This document shows, one piece after another, positions 42,560 through 56,451 of a stretch of 64,000 nucleotides of DNA. The translations under genes were made by a program, and so were the position numbers. Location of the stretch: the NCBI RefSeq assembly GCF_964204645.1, contig NC_134026.1, forward strand, positions 2,689,950 through 2,753,949, written 5' to 3'. Below the pieces are notes generated by a model. That model was not told the DNA's origin, searched no databases, and was given only the letters and a program-made list of their open reading frames with translations. Origin of the DNA: Tubulanus polymorphus (Eukaryota > Animalia > Nemertea). Positions within the stretch are counted from its first letter, which is position 1. Every line of letters begins with the position of its first letter.

Positions 42560-44744
42560 AATCAAAAATCGATTAGTGAATGAATATTATTAACGAGAAG
42601 AAATGACGATGATCTATCGAGTTCACGGACCATGACACAATGATATCCTAATTCTCGTTTAGACCGGCTTTAGTCTCTCTGGTCTTTACTAGTAAAAACA
42701 TTGGTCTGTTTCGAGTGTTTATCCGCAAAACGTTGGTGCTTTTTAAGAAGTAAACTGTGTTATCAATTATTAATACTACAAACCGACTACTGGAATTGTC
42801 TGATAACTATTTTATTTGCTGTTCTCTCCACAAGGTGGATGGGATTATCCTTCATAGTGTTGGGAGATCTTAAACGAGTTACTCCTACATGTACTAAGAA
42901 TGTACACTGGGAGCCAAGTGCTTATGAAATTGCAGATAATTTGTGTAGGGCTAATGAAGTGGGTACCCATGGAAAAAACAAGTAATTGAAGTTACTTAAT
43001 TAACTGAGTGTAGTTCTGCACGTTTCCTCATTATCTTACAGCACAATGTATTTCTGTTACTCTGCGGATCAGATCGTTTGCAAGCTGGTTCAGAATTTCT
43101 ACTCCAGCATGTTTCAGATCCCAGTCTTTTGAGAATTTTTTATTTAAGATTTGTGAAAAAAAAGTTTCAGGATGTAATGATACAAATTCAACAGAATTTA
43201 TAAGAATAAATGGATGAAACTTGTTCTATATCTGCTAGTTATGTGTCCATGAATTTTTAAGGAATATTTATAACGGATGGTTGGTACGGTATTGGTAGAA
43301 ATGTGGACAATATGAAATTTTTGGCTTGAGATATAAAGAATCACTGAGGAGGATGGCATAAATTTTTCGAAGTAATACCGCGTGGAATAGACCAGACTAG
43401 ATCAGGATTAAGATGGTTATACAATGGATTTACTGCAGTAGTAGTACAGTTAACCTTGTGTAAGTTGGATCTTTGGACCAAGAAAAATCCTCTGACTCCG
43501 ATTTCCAGCGAACTACAATTCATTATTTCGAGTAGCACTTTATACATTACAGGTTCATCCTTTATTTACATTAAATACATATATACAAAGAAATAATCAT
43601 TTCGGGAGTCGAAGTAAATTCACAACACGCTTTCATCGTTTAATGCCACAGAAATGTCCTCGCGTGTCACCGGTGTACTAATGACCTACATATGCGTTTA
43701 TATATCTTACATGATTATGTAGAGAAATTAATGCATATAGCTTTAATCATTATGTTAAGCTGAATGGCATGTTGACTGTAGTGGACAACCTGATACGGTG
43801 GACGGACACTAACATACAACAAAGCTGAATGCAATTAGGAAGACGTTGCATTAGATATTTTTAACATCACAACATTACTTATAAAATATGCATTTACATT
43901 CTACCGGTATATAGAAAACTGCCAATGTAAATATTACTTGTTTCGAGTATTCATAAGCATTTTTGAGACAATATTCGTTGTATGAATATGCAGTGAACAA
44001 AGGCAGCTTCAAATTGAAATGAAATATGATGAATTCACAGAGCCTACTTTTAGAAGACTGATTCTGATTCAAAATCATCATTCATATTCAAACATAACCG
44101 AAGAAAAGGATTCTGAATTCCGAATCCCTGAATGAAGGATTTAGGTTAGAATAGTTAATTTCCAATTTCTTGACTTCAAGTAAGTCAAAAAGTTAACATT
44201 TTAGAACTCCCCGCCGATATCACAGTACATGAAAACCAATACATTGAAAAAATGATATCCCCAGCCTAAAAAATCAATATCATTTACACTTTCTAAAATC
44301 GTAATCAAACAAAGATATATAACTATAAGTTCAACTGAAAAGAAACTAGGATAAATGCAATTTTTGATCAGGAATTCTATTTATGATAAGTTATTAAGTC
44401 ACTTAGATCTTTGATGACTAGATTATCAGCTCCATTCGATCATTAAACGATAATTCCTAACTCATTCAGTGTCTGCTTTATTTTCTTAAAATAAGCTATA
44501 ACTTGATTACACATATCACCATGTTAACAGATCATTGCGGAAATTGGCACAATCTGAACTTTTGATGGTGGGGTGTCGCGTAACAGTAAAAAAATACATG
44601 GACTTCAAAAATTGTTTAAAAAAACTAGAATTTCATACAAAAATGCCACAATTTGTATTATGAATCGATATCTGTCATGGAATATTCAAATTCAAAAAAT
44701 TAAAGTAATTTTGAAGCTACATTATACATACTCAATAACGACCA

Positions 44745-44855
44745 GGGTCCAGTTCCACAGTTCCGAGTTAAGATTTGACTCTTGAGTTAACTTCTTGAAA
44801 ATTAACTAACTTTAACTCGGAGTTAACTCTAACTCACAACTGTGGAACTGGGCCC
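44745..44855. mobile_element. MITE with 18-bp terminal inverted repeats, in the presumed Mondo 3' UTR
   Basis: GGGTCCAGTTCCACAGTT ... AACTGTGGAACTGGGCCC (one mismatch); internal GAGTTAACT repeats. Confidence 0.8.
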
Positions 44856-45744
44856 AGAGGTGCCTAAATCACAGGAGTCAAATGCAATGCAGCGAGCAGA
44901 TCAAAGATCCAGGTTAAGTGAACTTTATGCGGTCAGTAGTGTTGTGTACAATATATGTACCCAAAATGTGCACTTTTTAAGCAGCTATATTCATCTACAT
45001 TACCTACACTACTAATAATAGAAAATATCTATTACCTTTTCGTTTGTATGTGCTCGGGCTATAAATCATTCACAATGATTATTCCGAGGTAACCAGGGTT
45101 TGTGCCGGTAAAAAGGTAATTGTTTGAGGAACACGATATTCTGCACATGGAAAAGAAATTTTCTCATGATTTACAGACTTCAGTAGTAAGTGCCATTGAA
45201 ACTTACTGAATATACAAGTCAAAGCAAATGAAATACATTTATATGCTCGCCTATCTTTAGTCATTTTTACATAAGATGTTGATGCCAGTGTTTATCTCAG
45301 TCAGCAGAGCGGATATGGGGGATGCAGACCCCCCTAAATTTTGAAGGACCTTCAAAATGCCAGCCAGAAGCTTTTTTGCTTATACCTAATTTTCAAATTT
45401 CTGGATCTTTTAACCATAGAATACGATTTCACTGGCTCGTGCACAACCCCTGGACACCCCTTCATGGTTTCATCCACCCTTGACCAGTATTAACAAGCAC
45501 TTCTTTGTATTCACACGACGATAATGCAGGTAATTCTGTTCTATAAATAACACATTATAAAAGATGTATCGAAATAGTTAAGGAGCGCTGACATGAACAT
45601 CTTGTAAGTAAGCATCTCATCCATTTCAATAGTTAATCACTCACTCACTGGAGCGCTGTAGATTTGGTCACATTTAATAAATTATCTATACATAGAGTTT
45701 TTTCATTACTAAATTATGTATAAAACATGGAAGAATTGTTTGTG

Positions 45745-48700
45745 CTAGGAACCTCCTGAGTCAAATGATGCACGTTTAGTGACAGCAGCTATAGCTTGTT
45801 CAGGCACGCGGTCGGGTTCCGATAATATGGAAGTAGTCGTGCTTAAATGTCGGAAGGAATTCGATACAGCTGAAAATGAAAATTGTCCACTTAACAAAAA
45901 TAATAACAAATCAAATCAATCAACATGGCTTTGTGACTAATTTTTCAACAAAAAATATTTCAACACAATTATTTCAATTGATCGGCTTAATCTTTAGTCT
46001 TAAGACAAGAAATAGGCTGGAAAACACAAGCAGCTTATAAGTACCTGGTCTGAGAGCAACTAATGAGCAGTGTTGATCCAGCCATGAGACAGCAGTTCTG
46101 CATAGTTCTTCAATACTAGCTGTCGAAACAGTGTTGTTAAATGTAGTAAATAAATCATCAAATAATTGGCTGAACTGTTCATTGATTAAGGCAGAAAATA
46201 ACATTTAATTTCATAAAGAGATTAATTGAGATATCGCAAACAATGACATATACTCGGTACTCGGTACATCTTCCCTCGCTGAGATTCGCACTATTGGTTC
46301 AAATACCTGCTAGGGAGGAAAGATGACCTTGATTACTTGATTACATGCATAAAGTATAAGGATACAATCCAGAATTTCCAATTTTCTATAGTTCGCTTGC
46401 GCTTGTAATCGTCGAACATTTCTTTCATTTGGTCGGCTCTTTGCCTCGTTACTGGCACTCCTGATGCGGGTAGCTGAGCTTGGCACACGCTATAAAAAAC
46501 AAAACGAAACAGATATTAGCAGCCAGAAGATCCCTTTATTGACTACGACAAGCTATTCATCAACTTGTGAAAACCTACTTGATATCACTGTTTATTGATT
46601 CGATTTCTTTTCGAAGTAAATCTGCCTCATTCTGCATTTGACTGCGTTCAGTTTTTAACTTCTGGCAATACTCAGCAGCTAAAAATAGGATCGTGTACAT
46701 ACCCCAATACTTACATTTGATCGATTGCAATCGGTAAGAAAACTGTCCACACAACTTGGCTAATGAAATATGTCTGCTTACCTTTTTGTAGCATAGCAGC
46801 TTTACTGATTTTAGGGTTGGGATTCTGGTGCAGAGCCGGTATCAATTGATTCAAAGTATCAAAACCGTGCTGAAAATCATAATACATGAACAATATGACA
46901 ACTCAATTAACTGGAGCCGCTTTCAAAATTAGTCCATTCATTTGTCTTGTATTCATTGTTTTGTTTCATATTTCTGAATTATCGAGATGAAGAATACCTT
47001 AATATTATAACGACGTTTCTGTTCAGATGAAATATGTACCGAGCGTCGATGTTCTCGATATTGCCTACGGTCTAAATTCGTTTTCGAGCGTGTCGTCTGT
47101 TTAGGTCTAACCTATCGAAATGAAGAGCGAAAAACAAATTATATTACGCAATACAAATTCTTTGAGACAATGTCGTAGAAGAGTGACACTTACTGTGGCA
47201 ATAGGTTCTACGGAAGGAGAGCGTGTTACTTCATTTGTTTGGGAGTTCGATACCACTGAAATAAAGAGGACAACAAGTACAGAACAAGTTACCACAATTG
47301 AGGTACATTTCTAACCCTCATGTGACATTTTTAAACTTTCCACTGGTCTGATATAAAACAAATTAATGATCTTTAGTGAGCATGCAATGACAGTCAAAAG
47401 TGATCAACTATATGCAAACTATTTTAAATCCATATTAACTCACATGGTTGCGAAGTCAAACAGTTGACTAATGCTTCATTCGTGCGAGCAGAAGTTCCCA
47501 AAGCCTGGTTCGCTGCACCGATAATAAGATGTTTCTGGAAAGCATTGTCGGAGAGACTGGACAGCTGAAAAAACAACAAAATTGATCATAACAAATGTAC
47601 AATCACTACATTTAAACAGCAGGTATTTCACTACTCACCCGTGAAGGAGGTGGTTTCAAACCAGCAGGTTGTATCAACGTTGGACTTTTAGCATGTTTTG
47701 CTAGGTTATCGTCTTTCTTTGGAGTCGATGTCATATACGTATCTAATAAAACAATCAGACAACTGAATACTGTAGATGTTACAACAATTCACATTAGAAA
47801 CAAGGCATAAGCAATAATGGTTCTCATGCTCAAACTCCAAAATTACGAGTTCCCATTGCATTTGGATATGTTGTATCCTAGGGCCAATAGCTAAATTTTG
47901 TCAGGACAAATTCTTGAACTTCAACCCCATCCCTCAGTTATGTGGTCATCTTCATTCAAGGACGAGTCGCCGATTTTTTAGTGCCTACTTCTACCTCTAG
48001 GCGGTGCACTGGGCCTATTGCAGTGCGCAACTAGAACCCATACTAACATTGTACCCAAGTTCCATCAAGATCGACCCACTATTAACAAAACTAAGTAGCT
48101 GAAAGACAGACAACAGGGACGGTCTTACGGAAGCCCCAGAACCAGTAAAGACGTCCATCGTCTAAATCTATATCGAGAGTCGTGTCTGCATTTAGAAAAC
48201 AAAGGTAAATATCAGACTTACCAGAAGTAAGTAACTGAGCTAGAAGATTACGAGGTGATGTAGCGCTCGCTACTGGAACTGGTTTAATCGTAGCTGGTGC
48301 AATATTTCGCGTTGTCTTCATTCGAATCGGTTTTCCCTAGAATTGAACTCATCGTCAAAACCAGAACATCACCAGCAAACATTCAACGAAACGAACGTGT
48401 TACCTTTGGAATGGCGAATTCGCTGTCAGTTTTTTGAGTAGGTGGCGACTGTTGTATGACGATTGGCTGGAATAAATCACCCCCGGGAAGTGAATTCGAA
48501 CGGAATTGCGACTGGTTACTGATCTGTTGTTGCTGCAGCGTTGGCATACTCTGAACAGCGTGTAAACTAACAGTTTGTTGCTGTTGTTGTTGCAGAGGTT
48601 GTTGAATTACGGTGAAAGCCGATGTCTTCCCGCCACCCGTGTCGCGACTACCCGAACCAACTCTATTCAACGCGTACTCGAGTAGACTAGTTGTATAGGT

Positions 48701-51700
48701 ATTTGAAACTTGTTGTTGTTGCGGTTGCCGGGAATGACTAGCAGTAAATTGTAATGACCCGAGGTCGGGTTCGACTTTGATAAAGTTTGTCGACTGCTGC
48801 TGTTGAGGCACTTGTTGTTGCGGTTGTTGTTGTTGTTGTTGTTGTATCGTCTGCACCAAATTTATCATGTGCGGTTGAGTTTGAAACCCGGAGCCGGGAG
48901 ACAGCAGTAATGTGTTTAATTGAGTGCTATTTATCGTATCCATCGCAGACGGTTGATTGGTTATTGTTTGATTACTGTTCAACAGAATGCTACCGCTCGC
49001 TTCATCGACACGATTCAGCGATTGCGTCGGTCTGATCTGTTGAACGGCCGTGTCTAAAATCGACGACGTAACTTGTCCCTGAAAAAGTGCAATTTCAACT
49101 TTGTTAACGCCATACATTCCGAGCTGATTAGACCATCTGCTGCCAGGTATATAAATATCAAATATTGATTAGTGAAATGGATATATGTGTTAATACATGC
49201 CCCCAACTGTCTCGTATCCGTCAGATAAGGAATTATCGAAGATGCTTGCGAAGTAGTCGTTACCATATCGTTATTATTCACGCCGAAAATATCTGTAACA
49301 TAAAAGCAGTAGAGATAAATTCGCATTATACCCGCTAGTCGATGTTAGCGGCTCACAATGCATAAAACAATATAAATCATAAAATAAGCTTCTTAAGAAT
49401 TCACAGTGCTTTTCTACATTTACTTTCAACAGGTTTCTTTCATTTCTACACCGAGGTAATAATAGATAGTATATGTACAAGATTAATATGAATTCTGTTG
49501 TCCACTAATTGATTAAGAGGCAACTCAAGCACTTTGTGTTCTCTATGCATCTACTTTTGATCTGACAAATATTTCTAACATTATCAGAAAATGCAAAACA
49601 GTGTTCCAAAATATCGGCGTTTATTGTGTACAGATTAGAAATCTACAAGTTAAAAAGTGCAATAAGTCACTCTCTATATCAAAGAAAAGATAGATTGTAT
49701 AAAGCCCGTTCAGTAGGATCAACATTAGAAGAAACTTCCAACCTATGATATGAAATTATTTCACTCATTTTACTTTTATTTCATCTCGAGCCTAGCTGAC
49801 GCAACTGTCAATCATCAAATATGCAATTCATGATTATAAGATCAAATCAATAGATTTTGTTTTTAAATATTCGTTCATATCACTCGTACAAGATAAGAGT
49901 GAAGATCAATGGTTAAGGTACATCGAACCAGGCATACATACTTAGTTTAAGAGACATGGGCTATCAAGAACTATAGATAGACATTATAGGATATCTGAAA
50001 TAATTTGTTCTACATTTACTCCGCAATGCTACTTAAACAAACACTACTTAAAAGCCATCATAAAACCTATAACAGCTCACACATCTTTGAATGCTAAATT
50101 ATTTCATCATTATATTGAAATGGTATTAGTGTACCTAATACTTAATAAACAATGTGGTAACACACTGGTATCAAATAGAGGGAACTATAGCTAACAATTA
50201 TGCAAACCAATAAAACTGAATCTGAATCTTTCAGACAACAATTTTGATTTTCTACAAATAACTTTCAATATTCGTACGTATTTTTACTCTTTCCTATTCA
50301 ATGAATAAAGAAAAAGAAGACTAACACTAACATATACTAGAATTCATTACCGAGATATTATACGTCTCGCGTTTTTACCATAACCAAAGATTTAGAATAT
50401 CATAATTATTCTATTTTCAGAGAATAAATCTCGATGCCGTAACCTCAGTAATGAAAGATACCATGGTGAGTCACTAAACCAGTGAAATGTCAAAGGGTTT
50501 CCATCAATATTACTCGCTACATGTGTTTGTATTTATGTCTGGTGATTTTTCAATAATTCTCGAGTTTCGTTATATCTGCGCGTCGCGCAGAATATGAAAC
50601 TAAACCGACGACGACCGTGAGTACGGGTAATCGTTCGAAAAAAAACCCGCAGACGCAAAAGCGGGGGTTTCAAGCGGAACACTCAACTAACACGATGTTC
50701 ACATGAGACATGATGATGAAAACAGTCGGTGAAGATGTATGGAAGAGAGATTCATTTGCTTCATTGACTAGTGACAGTGATAAAGTGTAAACACAGTGAA
50801 AAATCACCCATCTATACATTATATATACATAAGTAATATATAGAAGCTGCCAGGACAGTAGTAGTAATTAAACAGCGCAAATACCGGTATTACTAAAAGC
50901 GTTATTCATACAATACCTGTCTTCCAAATATCAAACTCTTTACGGAAATCTATTTGAAATCATATATCGGAACAAATCATAATGCGGTTTATAGACAGAA
51001 CATCGCATGGCTACAGCACTCGAAAGCGGAAATTTCGTAATGTGAAAATTTCTCATCGGGTATTACTATAGATAGCAGCATGGCAACATTTCATATGACT
51101 GGCTAATGATTGAAGTTTACATCGCAGTGTTGCCAGGTCTAGTGTTGCAGATTTTTGGGTAAGAGATTTTCTAAGGACTGATTTCTAACCGACGATGGAA
51201 CCATTAATGAAACACAGTTCAGTACGGCATTAGATAGAATATGCCTATTCATTGGCTTACGTCGTTAGCTGTCTATCTTCTTACCAAATCATTGCACTGA
51301 TAACAACAGACTCGTTTGATGTGGGCGTGGAAAAAGTAGATAAATTTCATTGAATTTCAAGAATAAAAAAGTACATACAATGTACAAATCTATCTTTGAA
51401 AAAAAATATACTGTTTCATCAGCGGAATCAATTATTCTTGACTTTTCCAATTATTTTTCATACTTTTATTCTCTGGATATGCGGCAAATTAGGTTTTAGG
51501 AATTTCTCAGGATTTTACAAAATGATTATCATGAGTTACTTTTAGTTCCCCTGGCAACACTGACATCGTTTGATGTATAAATTCAACAGAGAGAAAACTT
51601 TGAAGATTCGAAGAGAAATTAACGTTAAGCTTACCGGGCAGAGTCTCCATAGTATCCATAAAATCATCGAAATTAGGCTGAAGCTGCATAAGACCCGGTT

Positions 51701-54700
51701 GTATAAAGTCGGCATTGCCAAGCTGAGCTGAATTCGAGAAAATAAGGATTCATATCATTCGATTATGATACGATAGTGAAGAAAGATATTGACTGAAAGA
51801 GAAGATGACAGAGTAATAAACCTACTAAATTATTGCTGCAGGCATTTTACAAATCACAGCAAGTAATAGTTTTTAAGTAAGCTTCATATATATTTTACAT
51901 TTTTTATTTTACATATTTTATTATTTAGATTAAGAGAAGTTACGTATGCAAACTCAAACGTTCGATTTCATGTACCACCTTCTGAAGAAATTCAGCTAAT
52001 GCCCAATGCACACGATGCAGGTAAACACGAAAAACAGGGAACAGAAACATGTTTCCAGTATTTCCCTGTGTCATGCGCGTTTATCAGAAATGGTAACTCG
52101 AACAATGTAATCATGAAACGCGCGTGATTACGTGTTTCCATGTGTAATGTGCGTTGGGCTTAATGTTTCCGATGCATGAAAATTTCGAAATGCCATCGGT
52201 TACCGTCTTACCCATATCTTTCGAACTCGGGAATGGATACGTTTGATTCAACGTCGAGAATAACGTATCGCTGAAATCCATGAAATAATCGTCGTCTATC
52301 GCCAGACTGGGCGTAGCTGAACGAGGAATCCGAGGAACTGTGACGGATTCATCGGTGAAACTCATCGATGGCGTTTCCAGATTCATCGTCGTGTCGCACA
52401 TGCTCGCCTCCGATCGCGATTTATGAATCGAATTGCGATGATACGAACGCCATTTTTTATATTCGGATGTGACGGTTTGTAAACGACGTTTCCAATACTT
52501 TCCTTCCAGTACAACAGACTGAAATATATACACAACATTCGTAAAACCCGTATTTAAAGGGATCATCTGTAAAGAATCCTCTTCATAATCATTGATCTCA
52601 CAGGGGCGGGTCCAGGGGCATGTTGTGACCATGTCGACCAATAAAAAGGGCATATATTCTTAAATAGGGCGGAAAGGCATATCAGCAAAATTTTTGTAAT
52701 TTTACTATCATTTTAGAGCTTTCTGAGCATCTCTGAGAGGTATTTAGTCAAGAAACATAGGTTATATATATATATATAGGAAAAATATCTATTGCGCATC
52801 TCCTGTGGTTAAAACGGCAAATTTTGATACAGAGAAGAAATAAAAAGGCACTTTAAAATTCCGACCGCGTCGGGCGACACGATCTGACCCTGATCTCAGA
52901 GAGCCTGGCAGGGACTACAGCATTCCACAAACTATCCTCAACAGTCCATTTCCCAGACCACGCCACATCTTTTATTGACCAGGAGCGGCTAGGACGAACC
53001 CTCTACATCGAGGCAAACTCCTATTTTCTGTAGAAATGGCTCTTTTTAGGAAGAAGCTACTACCAACCAATTCATAAGAGATCTCAGAAGTGGTTAAAAA
53101 TCATGTATAATTTCATTGCTTACCTCAGCTTTTCGATGGAAGTCGTCTGATAAAGGTGTCGCAAATTGACAAATCATTGCGTTTTTCTTTTGGATGACTG
53201 CTCAAAAACACAGATTAACAACATGTAAAAAATCTCTCAATTTCTAGATGTCTTTTTGTCGATAATTTTGATTACTTACACTGCATATGCCACTCTCGCC
53301 AAATGATATTATTCAACCGCACTTTCATCTTAGGCGTTAAATTCATACCCTTGAAAGCTTTCCATTTTGGCGAAGTTAATTTCCCGCTTGATACATGCAA
53401 AAAAAAAAATCATAGGTTTTAAACATTGATTTTCTTTTTTGTTCTAAACTTAGGCAAAGAAAAAATACAAGGTATTTCTATAAGGTGTGCGTTTAACTGA
53501 TGCTAGCTGTGTTACATAACGCTCAGGATTGATGGTGAATAAAAGTGCAGGCCAGAACTATGCTGTTTCTATAAATACCAAAACACCAACAATATTTAGT
53601 GAGAACTACTCCGAAGGCCTCATCTATAAACATAAGGATCTTCGCTTCTGGAAATTAAGTTCACGACGAAAAACTGTGGAATATCCGAGTAGAATATCAA
53701 TTTTTCAAAACTGCAATGGTGTATTGGAAATCTTTAGGCCCAGGCTTATATATCGTTTCGAGCAATAAAATTGAAGTACTACTTCACAGTACATATATAT
53801 ATATCAATCTACAATTTGGATACTGACATACAAATAACACTGACGATAAACTTGAACCTCCCAAAATATAAAAGTACTCAATAGTCATTATAATAGCTAC
53901 ATAATAAAAGATAAAATTGTTACAAAGTACATGTTATTTACTATGCGAAATAGCGAATAAGTCAGGTATAAAAACGTGTTAAATCTAACTAGCATAATCA
54001 GACGAAGTGAATAACACCTTATAGACCTACAGAGGCCTTAATATTAAATGTTCTTTTATTTCGTTGACCATGTTAAGATCTTATTCAAAATCGTCAACCG
54101 ATGTGACGAATAATTGAATTCATAGCAGGTTTTCTTAAAATAAAAACAGTAAAACATTTTTTATTGTTCTTAGATTGGTTTCTTAGAATGTAATGTAGTG
54201 TAGACATATAATCAATACATCAGTGTAATAGCAATAAACAAGGATTTTCAAAATAGCTTTTTAGAATGTAATCAGTATAGACTATATTCAATACATCCGT
54301 GTAATAGCAATAAACAAGGATTTTTTCAAAATAGCTTTTTTTAGATTGAATAGGGATGTCCTTGACACATGATTCATATTAGTGTAAGAGATAGAATTCA
54401 AAGCAATAATTCAGGTGCACTTATCATTATAGGGGCTTATCAGGATGGGTTAAAACTACAACGGTTTATGTTAGCTGAGAATTGAGCCACTAACCGGAAA
54501 AATTACTTGGTTTCATTCTCGAAGCAGGGCTATAGATTTCTATAGAGGGAAGAATGGCCTAGATATTGCGTGTCTCTCGAGAATGAACTGGTCTTGTTCT
54601 TAACCTCAGTGAACTACATAGACCTAATGCAGGCAGTACATCTAGTCTAGGCCTACTCATTAGGGCTCAATAGCCTATTGTTGCTATGGTAATCATTTGG

Positions 54701-55330
54701 CATAGCAAACTATATTCATTGGAATCTAGGGAACCTGAACTCAAGGACCCGACCTGTGACTGTATCATTATTATGGAAGTAGATACCTTCCCACAAAATT
54801 CGATTTCCTTTGAATCCCAATATTTAGGCTAGTGAATGCATGCATCCATACAAAACAGTTCAATTACGAATAACATTAATAAATCCGATGTTTAATAGAA
54901 TAATGAAAATAGAATTGAGCACAGATGTTGTTTGATGATGGTGGTCTCACCTGTATGCTAGAGTCATACATTCGAACAATTTTGTCAACGAAGCGTCGAT
55001 CGACATCGCGTTCGTGCCCTTCTCGCCGAACCGATACGTGTGCGACGTCATCTTATTCGCATTGATGAAATTGTATCCGAGCGCAACAACATCGTCATCG
55101 TTACTTTGAGCCATGATCGGAGACGTGGGCAGCTGATCATCTTCGTCATCAGTAGTAGATTCATCGTGAACCCGAGTCAACATGAAATGTCCACTGTGTA
55201 TCGGGTCTGGGTGCGGTTTATCCAGCATTTTGGACTTGTTAGCGTGCTCTAAAGCCGAACGATGGTCGATAGAAGTGTTATCTAAACTTACTTCGGTGTT
55301 GCTTCGAGTCATAATCGTATCAAAGAACAT
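45745..55330 (-). CDS. MLXIP: Mondo family bHLH-ZIP glucose-sensing transcription factor (MLXIP/MLXIPL co-orthologue; multi-exon)
   Basis: Mondo conserved regions IHSGHFM, IDASLTKLFECMTLAY, LTSPKWKAFKG, RLNNIIWREWHMQ, VVLEGKYWKRR and LQPNFDDFMD; Q-rich middle; bHLH HISSEQKRRYNIKHGFDTL/ISKAAMLQK; C-terminal WKFWIFS...WLDQHCSL. Confidence 0.94.
46175..46365 (-). other. U12-type (minor spliceosome) GT-AG intron in Mondo
   Basis: Donor GTATCCTT; branch-like TGCCTTAAT about 10 nt upstream of the acceptor AG; no polypyrimidine tract; joins WKFWI to FSQLF in frame. Confidence 0.85.
54184..54342. repeat. Tandem duplication of a ~77-bp unit in Mondo intron 1
   Basis: tagaatgtaat...gtgtaatagcaataaacaaggattttcaaaatagctttt occurs twice, directly adjacent. 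Confidence 0.8.
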
Positions 55331-56451
55331 GTTTTAATCGAAAAAACGTAGGTATAATATCACCCCGTCAACAAATTTAACATTCCGCCATTGCGCAGAA
55401 TTAAAAGTAATTCGTGCGCCATCTGGCGCTGACGACTTACACTGTGTTTGTAAATAACAGCACGTGCTCTTCTCTGGGGGTGTGGCATGCATGTGTTTAC
55501 CTCGCGTACCGGAGGCTACTGTTTTCTGCATGGAGCGCTCCGAGGATTATCGGGTGTACCCGGTACCCTGTTATCTTGGAGCAATATTTAACTCCAAGCT
55601 ATAACGGAGCCATATATTGGTGCATTATGTAGCCTGCACCAGACTTTGGGGATGCCTGCCATCTGATTTGCAAAGCTCGCGGGCTCGTGCCAGTAAGGTC
55701 GACCGTGGAGAGGGGCGTGCCGGCCGGCTTTATCTTAACAAATCATTTTTCGGATTGTTTCATGCATTGAAATGGTAAATTAAGCCTTTTCTACTCGAAT
55801 ACAGGTTTGTTGAATGTCACATCACAGACTGCGGCATTTCACGAGTCTCGTGTGAGTTGAATTATTTTTCCAGTCAAAGTTACATTTCCCGCCATTACAA
55901 CACGTGATTGTGGGTCACGGACAATGTAAAAGTGCAATTAAAAGCCTCGATAAATCCGTCAGATATTAGTCATTTTCGAATTAACGTTGAAAATTGAAAT
56001 TTCGATGGTAAAGGCGGACCGTGTAATATCAGCAGGTACGATTCATTATTCTTATTTGTGGATTTTCTAGTCCCATGTAGAGAGGGGTCTCTGTGGTGCT
56101 GTTATAGTATAGCATAGTAGATCTTATGTGTCGTATACCTTGTCGTGTTAATGTACGGCAGGTGTCGGTACCGGGTGGAGTCATACATTAGCTTTCAGAC
56201 GGGCCATATACTCATCATTGGACGATAACTAATTCATTAACGAGGATTTAGCAGTCGCATTGTATCCATAAATAGGCCGAGGGCCGCGATGTATTACATA
56301 GGAAAATGATCGCTTAAATGTTCATGTAAAATGCCCAGGGTTGCTCTCTTGAGATTTGAGCTTCAATTGTGGACACGTTCTCGCGTGATTTATTGATACC
56401 ATATATTTTGTTGTCAATATTACCCATTTGATTTTTTCTACATTTTATAGC

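Noticed and set aside
48520-48845. CAA/CAG repeats
   Set aside because: Ordinary polyglutamine tracts of the Mondo transcription factor.
50420-50475. Exon-like segment in the Mondo intron (splice-like signals on both strands)
   Set aside because: The sense reading contains an in-frame stop, and the antisense reading has no partner exons.
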